A stretch of 64,000 nt of DNA from an uncultured Desulfobacterales bacterium (GTDB lineage Bacteria; Desulfobacterota; Desulfobacteria; Desulfobacterales; C00003060): positions 8,053-72,052 of the forward strand of contig CAZCWQ010000001.1 in NCBI GenBank assembly GCA_964502365.1, read 5' to 3'. Shown piece by piece: positions 38,091 to 46,059 of the stretch (the stretch's first letter is position 1; each line of letters opens with the position of its first letter). A program made the translations under genes and the position numbers. The notes under the pieces were generated by a model. That model did no database searches, had not been told where the DNA came from, and was given only the letters and a program-made list of their open reading frames with translations.

Positions 38091-38891
38091 TTACTGTTTA
38101 TTAGATTGGGTATCGCCGAATCGAAAGTCAATGACAGAGGGCAGGTAGAACGTATCGTATTTCTCTAGCATCCCAGTGACTTCTGTGGAAACCAGATGAT
38201 GAATACGATTTTCACTAAAGCCGAGTTGCGCAAAAGGGAGATAGCCCTCCTGTTTGTGACAATCAGTACAAAACACGGGCTTCTTTGATATGCCTGTGTG
38301 CAGTTCGACTTTTGCCTGAGCAACTTGATCAGCGGTATATTTGTCCTTGACTTCCAAGTATTGTTGCGCCGCTTTTTGGGTGATTGGCCTGAAAACGGTT
38401 TTTTCTCCACTGTCGGACACTGTTATTGGAAAGAGCTTGGCCGGGTATTTGCCGAATGCCCCTTTAACAGAAGAACTGACCTGCCCAGTTTCACGATCGA
38501 CCCAGGCAAAGGAAAAGTTGTTTTCCATAGAATCTTTCCTGACGTGGCAGACGGCACAAGCAATGAATCCGGTATGGAAATTCAGAAGGGACCGAACCTT
38601 TTTTTCTTTGCTATGAGGGTATGTCCCGTGACAAGTCAGACAAAGTGGCGGGTTTTGTTCAGGTTGTGTGACATAGTCGTCAACCATATGGAAATGACCG
38701 CGAGAAATGGTCCCTTTTTCTGTAAGGATTTCTCTGAAAACGTTTTCTCCTTTGGGACGTTCTGATATCCTAAAAGATTTTTTGGCAACAGCTTGGGGAA
38801 AGTAAACAACCCGAAGAAGCCAAAGGCCAAATGAGATAAAGACGACGATCAAAAGGGCTTTTATCAACTTTTTAATTCCACTAGCCATCAT
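38091..38891 (-). CDS. membrane-anchored triheme c-type cytochrome (Cbc-like operon, third gene)
   Basis: N-terminal TM helix with CLTCH, CAVCH and CTDCH. It is a paralog of the C-terminal two thirds of 41225-42169. Confidence 0.8.
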   Translation of the reverse strand: MMASGIKKLIKALLIVVFISFGLWLLRVVYFPQAVAKKSFRISERPKGENVFREILTEKGTISRGHFHMVDDYVTQPEQNPPLCLTCHGTYPHSKEKKVRSLLNFHTGFIACAVCHVRKDSMENNFSFAWVDRETGQVSSSVKGAFGKYPAKLFPITVSDSGEKTVFRPITQKAAQQYLEVKDKYTADQVAQAKVELHTGISKKPVFCTDCHKQEGYLPFAQLGFSENRIHHLVSTEVTGMLEKYDTFYLPSVIDFRFGDTQSNKQ

Positions 38892-38918
38892 TTTCAGATA
38901 TTGTTCCTATTTCCAGAA

Positions 38919-39674
38919 TCACTGGCCTTCCTGGATGATGTAAGTTTCCTGAAGTCTTGGATCAGACATGATCTTTTTATAGTGCAATGGGTGTTCTTCC
39001 TTCATAGTTTCTTCATCGATTACGCCATCTATCCAAACATTACTGAAGAGTTTGTACGGCCTCAAGTGGACTTCATACAAATGCCATATCATGATGGCCA
39101 GACAAGCCAGCACAGCTTCCATACCATGGATAATCGTGGCAAGATCGACTAAGAACCTGTTCCACAGAAATTCAGTCCACAGCATCAGACCAGTTATCGT
39201 CATGAGCGTATTGCCAAGAATAAGAGCCCCGTACTCCATCTTTTGCTTATAAGAGAAGCGGTCATATTGCGGGGGGGTTTTCTTAACACCAACGTAGAAG
39301 AGCATCGTGCTAATCATGTCTGTTAAATCCTTAGGTCTTGGGATCATATCCATGAGCCAACGACGCCCGGCCTTTTTAAACAACAGATAATAAAGATGGT
39401 ATAAACTGGTCAGCATCATAATGACGGCAGCAACCCGGTGTAAAATACCTCGATAATAGAACACAGGCTCCCGGGCTTCTCCAAGCATCTTGACTACTGT
39501 GGGTTCTGGGAGTTCCAACATGAGCCCAGTGATGGCCAGCACAATAAAACATGACACAAAGACAATGTGCTGTACTCTCTCTGCATAGGTTAGACGAACA
39601 AAATACCTTTTGGGTATACCTGAGCCCTTATCATAACTAGGAATATCTTTTAGCGTTACAACCTGTTCTGCCAT
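38919..39674 (-). CDS. membrane b-type cytochrome (FdnI/PhsC/Ni-hydrogenase cytochrome b family)
   Basis: About 5 TM helices with conserved His residues in TM helices (ERVQHIVF, LHRVAAVIM...YHLYY, IIHGMEAV...WHLYEVH). Confidence 0.75.
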   Translation of the reverse strand: MAEQVVTLKDIPSYDKGSGIPKRYFVRLTYAERVQHIVFVSCFIVLAITGLMLELPEPTVVKMLGEAREPVFYYRGILHRVAAVIMMLTSLYHLYYLLFKKAGRRWLMDMIPRPKDLTDMISTMLFYVGVKKTPPQYDRFSYKQKMEYGALILGNTLMTITGLMLWTEFLWNRFLVDLATIIHGMEAVLACLAIMIWHLYEVHLRPYKLFSNVWIDGVIDEETMKEEHPLHYKKIMSDPRLQETYIIQEGQ

Positions 39675-39702
39675 TTTAGCGGCCTTTCAAAGGAGGGGGC
39701 GA

Positions 39703-40863
39703 CTAATGCCCACTTTTGTGATTGCGTTTGGTTCGATAATAGTCCAGCATCTGGTGTAGTGACATAGATCCTATCACCAAGGCTATCAACACCTTATAAA
39801 AAAGTCTTACGAGGGTAAGTATCTTTTCCTGAAACACGTTTTTGTTGGAGATGCCGATTTCAGCTTGCCTCTTTGACTGCCAGGCTTTGTAGTTGACCTG
39901 AATGATATCTTTTCCGGCATAGGGCGCAACCGGCCCATTCATCCCAAACGCATGCTCTCTGCCAGCCACAAACTCCGCATCGGCATTGGGATGACATATC
40001 TGAACGCCTCCCTGGTGACGACAAGTATTTATTCTATTGGCAGGATTGACCGGCGAACGAGGGTCTGACGTGGTAAGGATATCATGTTTGGCATAGCCTA
40101 TGGGTACGTGACAATTCAGGCAATCCGGGGCGTTTTGAACGCCATATTTGATCTGAACCCAATGAAAGGTATCCCTGAAGGTCCCGACTGTTCTCAGGCC
40201 ATGTCGGGCCATCATTTGTGGATCTTCATGACAACTTAAACACAATTCCACGATCTCTGCCTGGCTCCTTCTCCTCCTCATACGGTGCGAAACATGCGAA
40301 TAGAATCGGTCTGCCCACTGTTGCTCCGTGTGGCAGCCAAAGCATCTGCCCAGTGCCTCATTGGCCAAAGGAGACCCCTCGCTCCACATAGTGCCACTAG
40401 GGTTGAGGATTCGATTATCGTGACAATACTTGCACGTCGGTAAGTCTTTGACATAGTTTTTGGGGCTCTTGGGTGTTCCAGTTCCGTGAGCGCTTGCTTC
40501 ATGTATCTTTAGAACCTTCAGGTGTGAGAATTGCTGTTTGCTGGACGGCTCTTCTGTGTGACATTTTGTGGCACAATCCACCTTCTTGACGTCGGTGTGA
40601 GGTATCTTGTCGAGGCCGACGTGACAGTCTTTGCATTTGAGCGTTCCATGCACCGACTCCGCAAACATCTTGTCGTTCAGATAGAATACCCTCTTGTTAC
40701 CATCTTCGTCATACCGTCCAATATGAGGATATCGGTGACACAACAGGCAATTCTCCGTGTCAGGGACCAGATCAATGGCTGCAAAGGCGACCCTAAAAGG
40801 AAGAACCAGAAAAAATACCATTATAAGAAACGCTATCACTGGTATCGAGCTGTCATTTCTCAT
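39703..40863 (-). CDS. membrane-anchored multiheme c-type cytochrome (6 CXXCH plus CX3CH), Cbc-like operon first gene
   Basis: Motifs are CLLCH, CKDCH, CKYCH, CFGCH, CLSCH and CLNCH, plus CATKCH. It has N- and C-terminal TM segments. I prefer the ATG at 40863 (MRNDSSIPVIAFLIMVFF...) over the TTG at 40944, which abuts a promoter-like site. Confidence 0.8.
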   Translation of the reverse strand: MRNDSSIPVIAFLIMVFFLVLPFRVAFAAIDLVPDTENCLLCHRYPHIGRYDEDGNKRVFYLNDKMFAESVHGTLKCKDCHVGLDKIPHTDVKKVDCATKCHTEEPSSKQQFSHLKVLKIHEASAHGTGTPKSPKNYVKDLPTCKYCHDNRILNPSGTMWSEGSPLANEALGRCFGCHTEQQWADRFYSHVSHRMRRRRSQAEIVELCLSCHEDPQMMARHGLRTVGTFRDTFHWVQIKYGVQNAPDCLNCHVPIGYAKHDILTTSDPRSPVNPANRINTCRHQGGVQICHPNADAEFVAGREHAFGMNGPVAPYAGKDIIQVNYKAWQSKRQAEIGISNKNVFQEKILTLVRLFYKVLIALVIGSMSLHQMLDYYRTKRNHKSGH

Positions 40864-40940
40864 GGATTCTATCTTTGTCCCAACTTCGCCTTTTTCCCAA
40901 GGCTGGATGGCCGAGTAATTGCTAGTAGTATCGTTTATAA

Positions 40941-40955
40941 TCAATGTCTGTGCCA
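40941..40955 (-). promoter_or_regulatory. candidate sigma-54-type promoter for the Cbc-like operon
   Basis: The reverse complement reads TGGCACAGACATTGA. The -24 box is perfect, but the -12 box is TTGA instead of TTGC. Confidence 0.4.
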
Positions 40956-41025
40956 GAATATTCCTATACGCCTGGACACATGGAAATCCAATGGGTTACA
41001 TGATTTAAGCTGTCTTCTTGAATGA

Positions 41026-41077
41026 TGAAATCAAAGAAATTTTGGTCAAAACACCATATGAAATCGGTCATTTCACC
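41026..41077. promoter_or_regulatory. cluster of TGAAATC-type sites related to the 23.9 kb palindromes
   Basis: TGAAATC occurs at 41026-41032 and 41059-41065. GGTCATTTCACC at 41066-41077 has reverse complement GGTGAAATGACC, an 11/12 match to GGTGAAATCACC. Confidence 0.35.
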
Positions 41078-41224
41078 ACACGGTCTATGACTTTTTCCTT
41101 ACACCCTGTGCCGTTGACAAATTGACAGAACTGGCCCATGATACTCAAATAATTCTGAACTATACACAAGACCAAGGCAAACCCGCAGGCCTTATGTTGG
41201 TTAAGAGGTCTCGTTTTTTGAAGA

Positions 41225-42169
41225 ATGAAAAAGCATCTGTTGGTAAATCTCTTGACTGTTGTTTGTAGTTGTTTTTTGTACACACAAGCCCTCGTTTGCT
41301 TCGCTGCCGACGAGACTGGATGCCTAACCTGCCACAAGTACCCAGGACTTGTAAGACGCGAAAAAGATGCACTCAAGGCGCTTCATATCGATGAACAAAC
41401 CTTTCTAGGCTCTCCCCATGGCAAGCTTAACTGCAAGCAGTGCCATGCAGACATCGTTAAGGTCCCCCACACCGGTCAGAATGCCGTCCGATGCGTCACG
41501 CCTGCGTGTCATGCGAGTGATAAGGAACGCGCTGTAATCGAAAAATATCCCTTACAGACCCTCCATCAGAAGGAGCATTCTTTTATCGTTAAGTTACAGG
41601 ATCAGTCATCGTGCAGAGTATGCCACGCCCTGTATCCCCACAGCAAGAGTAATCTGGTTAGAGCGCTACTCAACATGCACACAGGCTTCATAACCTGCGA
41701 GGTGTGCCATCTCAAACGAGATGCCTTTGCCCGTGTTGCCTATCAATGGAGCGAACCTGAACACGTTGAATTCACCGGCTTGCCTTATGGGTCCCGTTAT
41801 GATCCAGAGAGAGGAATTGTCAGAACAACCGGGAATCTTATATCTCGTTTGGTTGTCTTTGTTTGGGAAAAGGGCAGGAAAACGCTGTTCGTCCATAAAC
41901 AAGATGCTGACGAGGCGAATCGATTCTTGTTGGAGGAAAAAGGGCTGAAGGACAGGGACAAAGAGACCAAGTTGGTTTTTTTTCACAGGAATATCTCGCG
42001 TAAAGAGATAACCCTTGCCTGTAAAGAATGCCATTCCCGTAAGGGCATTCTGGATTTTGGCAGCCTTGGTTTCGGCAAAAAAAAGAGTAAAGACCTCATG
42101 GACCTCGATCTCGCGGGGTTGGTCGCTAAATACGACGTTTTTTATCTCCCAGATCTTTTTGGTCATTAG
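41225..42169 (+). CDS. multiheme c-type cytochrome (5 CXXCH plus CX4CH), mosaic of the two Cbc-operon cytochrome modules
   Basis: Motifs are CLTCH, CKQCH, CRVCH, CEVCH and CKECH, plus CVTPACH. The N-terminal ~100 aa parallel the 39703 gene and the remainder parallels the 38091 gene. Confidence 0.85.
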   Translation: MKKHLLVNLLTVVCSCFLYTQALVCFAADETGCLTCHKYPGLVRREKDALKALHIDEQTFLGSPHGKLNCKQCHADIVKVPHTGQNAVRCVTPACHASDKERAVIEKYPLQTLHQKEHSFIVKLQDQSSCRVCHALYPHSKSNLVRALLNMHTGFITCEVCHLKRDAFARVAYQWSEPEHVEFTGLPYGSRYDPERGIVRTTGNLISRLVVFVWEKGRKTLFVHKQDADEANRFLLEEKGLKDRDKETKLVFFHRNISRKEITLACKECHSRKGILDFGSLGFGKKKSKDLMDLDLAGLVAKYDVFYLPDLFGH

Positions 42170-42183
42170 TTCATCATAGCACC

Positions 42184-43170
42184 TTGAAACAGAATCTGTC
42201 GAAAAACCTTGCCCTCTTCAGAGCTACATGGGCAAATTGCTTGTCCCGCCTTTTTGTGTTGTCCTGCGTTATGCTGATGGTAATACCATTGCTCCCTGCA
42301 CATGCCGTACGGCTCGCCTATGTAAAAGGTCTTTTTGAGATTAACCATAATCTCCGAGCACCCACGGATGTCTCCGTTTCCAATCATGGCCTGATATATG
42401 TTGTAGACGGCGTACACCACGAAATCAAGATCTTCACGAGAAACGGTGAATTCCTGTCTTCTTTGGGTGGAAAGGGTTCTGGAAATGGCGAGTTTGAATC
42501 CCCTTTAGGAGTTGCAGTTGATGGCTCGGGCAGAGCCTACGTCGCCGATTCTGGAAATCACAGGGTGCAGATATTCAACCGGGATGGCAGCTTTGCCGCA
42601 TCAATTGACATTCCACCGGGCAATCTCCATCTGGCAGATCCCACAGATGTTGCTGTCAATGAGTCCACGAATACCTGTTACATCGTTGATAACGATAACC
42701 ATCGTGTCTTAGTCTATAATCTCAAGACCCTTGAATTTATGGGGAGCTTCGGAAAACCAGGGACCCAGAGGCGTGAATTCAGATATCCATTCCTTCTCGC
42801 CATAAACGCGGATGGATATCTCCATATTGTGGATGTCCTTAATACAAGGCTCCAGGTGCTCAGCCCGGAAGGTTATTTTGTTTCCGTTATTGGTAAGTGG
42901 GGCGTTGAACCGGGAGAGTTCTTCAGACCCAAGGGGGTGGCCATCGACAGGCAGGGGCGAGTTTATGTCAGTGATAGCTATATGGGGGTGATACAGGTAT
43001 TTGAGGCAGGCGGCGACTTTTGGGCCGTGATCGGTGATCCCAAAGATGAAACCGTGAAAAGATTTAGGACACCAACAGGCATATTCATCGACAATAATGA
43101 CCGACTTTATGTGGTGGAAACCTTTGCAGACAAGGTAAGCGTATACAGCTTGGGGACGGAAACCGAATAA
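42184..43170 (+). CDS. NHL-repeat beta-propeller protein
   Basis: Repeated blades (IYVVDGVHHEIKIF, AYVADSGNHRVQIF, CYIVDNDNHRVLVY, LHIVDVLNTRLQVL, VYVSDSYMGVIQVF, LYVVETFADKVSVY). The TTG start is uncertain. Confidence 0.8.
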   Translation: MKQNLSKNLALFRATWANCLSRLFVLSCVMLMVIPLLPAHAVRLAYVKGLFEINHNLRAPTDVSVSNHGLIYVVDGVHHEIKIFTRNGEFLSSLGGKGSGNGEFESPLGVAVDGSGRAYVADSGNHRVQIFNRDGSFAASIDIPPGNLHLADPTDVAVNESTNTCYIVDNDNHRVLVYNLKTLEFMGSFGKPGTQRREFRYPFLLAINADGYLHIVDVLNTRLQVLSPEGYFVSVIGKWGVEPGEFFRPKGVAIDRQGRVYVSDSYMGVIQVFEAGGDFWAVIGDPKDETVKRFRTPTGIFIDNNDRLYVVETFADKVSVYSLGTETE

Positions 43171-43179
43171 AGAAACACC

Positions 43180-45678
43180 TTGCCTTTGGAGCAAAGCGAA
43201 ACTCCTTTGAATCAAGTGAGATCTTACTGTGGCGTGAAGCAGGCGATTTGCCTCGGATTGTTATTCGCCTCCGTGCTATTCCAATTGCAGGTTTCCCACG
43301 CACAAGATGAAGCGTTGAGGAACCCTCGATCTGCAAAAGAGTGCGCCATATGCCACTATCGCTGGATCGATACGTTCTTTATCGATGGAAAAGGTTCCGA
43401 GCTGGTCCCGTACCAGTCGGAAAAGGTTGTGGCCACTCCTGATATGTGTTTTTCATGCCATGATGGCAGCGTGCTGGATTCGAGGGTAAGGGTGTACAAT
43501 GATTACGGACACAAGACGAACAAGCCACCGCCTTCTCATGTCAAGGTGCCCAAAACCTTCCCCTTGGATGAAAAGGGAAATGTGCAGTGTGCTACGTGCC
43601 ATACACCGCATGGTGTTCCGAGCGGGCCAACCGCCCAGGAAAGTATCTTCTTGAGAACTTCGAACAAAAACTCAGCCATGTGCCGGATGTGTCATGCTGA
43701 TGTGGACGGAGGGATAGATACAGGGAATCATCCCATCGGCGAGATGAAACAAGTTATTCCTGGAAGCCTTGTTTCCCTTGGCAGTGCCGTGGGGACAAGT
43801 GGTCGTCTAATCATTTGTGAGACATGCCACACAGCGCACGGCTCGCCTTACGAGAACCTTTTGATTAAGAGCGGCAGGGATTCCGGGCTGTGTGTCGAAT
43901 GTCACCGGGAAAAAGACAATAGAATCTCCCATGGAAAGAAAAAGCCGTTTCACCTGGTCAATGTCGTACCCAGGAGAGTCATAGTGCCCGAGAAGCTCAT
44001 TGAGAGGGGAGCAAGATTGGGTCGTGAGAGAAAAATCATCTGCCAGTCCTGTCATAAGGTGCATCATAATAAAATCAAACAGAGACTGTTGATCGTCAGA
44101 CAGGACATGCACTCCAGCCTATGTCTTACTTGTCACACAGAGAAGAAATACATTTTGGATACAAAACATAATCTCATCCATTCCGCACCACGAGAAAAGA
44201 ATCTCCAGGCAAAGACCGTAAGAGAGAAGGGCGTGTGCTCGGCCTGTCACTTGCCTCACAAACCGGCTCGGAGAGTAGATGAGGACCGGGATTTCGCTTC
44301 AGGGCTCTGTTTGAGCTGTCACAGCAAAGGACATGTGGGCGAGAATCCTCTGCTTGATGGGTATTCTCATCCTTTGAATGTAAGACCAAGCAGTAAAAAA
44401 CACGTAAATACCTTAGCTGGTGCACAAAGCATTCGGTCATCAGGACCGATGCTTCCTCTTTTTGCGGAATTTGGCATTCAGGACAAAACCGGGAAGCTTG
44501 CTTGCCCAACGTGTCATGACGCTCACAGATGGCAGGCGAACTCAACGGTGGGAGAAACAAGAAAAGGTGTGAAAGGAAATCGGATGACATCGTTTCTGCG
44601 GAGTCCATCGCCAGAGATTTGCCAGGACTGCCACAGCGAGAAGTTCTTTGTTGTAGACTCGGGACATGATCTGAGGAAGGTTGCTCCTTTGGAGAGGAAC
44701 ATTTTCGATCAGACGCCGTCGAAATCGGGTCTCTGTGGAAGCTGTCATCTTGTGCATGGGGGACAGAAAGATTTCTTGTGGGCGAGGGAAATTACTTCCA
44801 TGGGTGGGAGTATCGTGCAAGATTTGTGTTCGAGCTGCCACAACAAAAAGGGCATGGCAAAAGATAATGTGATAAAGGGGTATTCTCATCCTCTAAACAT
44901 CCTACCTTCGGAAAAAGACATCAAGACCACGCTTCCCCTTTTTGATGAAAACGACAGAATTCGTGAAAATGGTGTGATGCGATGCCACACGTGCCACGAT
45001 ACGCATGGTTCGCTTCCATCAGCATCAGGCAATGACCGCGTCGATGTTGTCAAGAACTCAAAAAACAGGTTTCTGAGATTGGAATATACACCATCTCCCA
45101 GGCTCTGCGAAGATTGCCACAGCAAGAAAGCGTACATTGAGAGGACCGAGCATGACCTGACTGTGACAGCGCCTTTGTCAAAAAATGAAATAGACAAACT
45201 ACCTTCTCAATCAGGCATATGCGGAGTCTGCCATGCTGTACACGGCAGCAAAAACAAGACAAGACTTTGGGCGCAGGCCTTTGGGACGGGTAACAACATC
45301 ATGGAAAGGATGTGCAATTCTTGTCATTCAGAAATAGGGTCAGCAAGAGACAAGATACCACGAATCGCGTCTCATCCAGATGTGCTCATTAACAACCTTG
45401 GACGAAACGCTAAAGGAAGCCTCCATTTTTTCCCACTGTTTCACAAAAGATCTGGGGAAATGGTGGAAGTTGGCAATATCTCATGTCCCTCGTGCCATGA
45501 CGGGCATATCTGGGATCCGCAGTCTCGCGCTAAGGGGAAAGGAAAAAGACTGGAGGGAGATGCGACCAACAGCTTTCTGAGGGGTAGAGCTCGCGATCTG
45601 CCCTGCAAGAACTGTCACGGCCCTGACGGACTGTTTAAGTTGCTTTATTTCCATGAACCTGGAAAACGGGCAAGCTAG
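43180..45678 (+). CDS. giant multiheme c-type cytochrome, 20 CXXCH motifs
   Basis: I counted 20 CXXCH motifs in about 830 aa, with a hydrophobic signal-like segment. The start codon is uncertain (TTG 43180 or a downstream GTG). Confidence 0.85.
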   Translation: MPLEQSETPLNQVRSYCGVKQAICLGLLFASVLFQLQVSHAQDEALRNPRSAKECAICHYRWIDTFFIDGKGSELVPYQSEKVVATPDMCFSCHDGSVLDSRVRVYNDYGHKTNKPPPSHVKVPKTFPLDEKGNVQCATCHTPHGVPSGPTAQESIFLRTSNKNSAMCRMCHADVDGGIDTGNHPIGEMKQVIPGSLVSLGSAVGTSGRLIICETCHTAHGSPYENLLIKSGRDSGLCVECHREKDNRISHGKKKPFHLVNVVPRRVIVPEKLIERGARLGRERKIICQSCHKVHHNKIKQRLLIVRQDMHSSLCLTCHTEKKYILDTKHNLIHSAPREKNLQAKTVREKGVCSACHLPHKPARRVDEDRDFASGLCLSCHSKGHVGENPLLDGYSHPLNVRPSSKKHVNTLAGAQSIRSSGPMLPLFAEFGIQDKTGKLACPTCHDAHRWQANSTVGETRKGVKGNRMTSFLRSPSPEICQDCHSEKFFVVDSGHDLRKVAPLERNIFDQTPSKSGLCGSCHLVHGGQKDFLWAREITSMGGSIVQDLCSSCHNKKGMAKDNVIKGYSHPLNILPSEKDIKTTLPLFDENDRIRENGVMRCHTCHDTHGSLPSASGNDRVDVVKNSKNRFLRLEYTPSPRLCEDCHSKKAYIERTEHDLTVTAPLSKNEIDKLPSQSGICGVCHAVHGSKNKTRLWAQAFGTGNNIMERMCNSCHSEIGSARDKIPRIASHPDVLINNLGRNAKGSLHFFPLFHKRSGEMVEVGNISCPSCHDGHIWDPQSRAKGKGKRLEGDATNSFLRGRARDLPCKNCHGPDGLFKLLYFHEPGKRAS

Positions 45679-46059
45679 CAAGTTGTCATTATAACTTGCT
45701 GTCGGAAAGCACATAAATACTGCCGGCGGATACGGAAGGATCATGTGTGTGGCCACCTCCATCACATCCAATTCAACGATTCTCATTCATCATAACCATG
45801 CCCACCAAACAGCAGGCCAGATCCTGTAAGCCTCCTACAAGCTAGCATCTGAAATCCAGCGATTATTTCAGACTATTCAGTTCCGAAATTCAAATGCCGA
45901 TACAATGGTCATGAATGACTAAAGGCTTGGCGAGGACGCGCTAGTCCATACGCAGCGTATGTGGGTTGAACTATCCCATGACATAGCGTATAGCTGGATG
46001 ATGCCAGCTTACCTATTTCCATATTGTCAGTCAGTTGCGGCGATTTTTTACGTGTCAAG

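Noticed and set aside
45678-45699. 7-bp hairpin GCAAGTT-N8-AACTTGC immediately after the 20-heme gene stop.
   Set aside because: No following T-run and a weak stem, so it is not called as a terminator.
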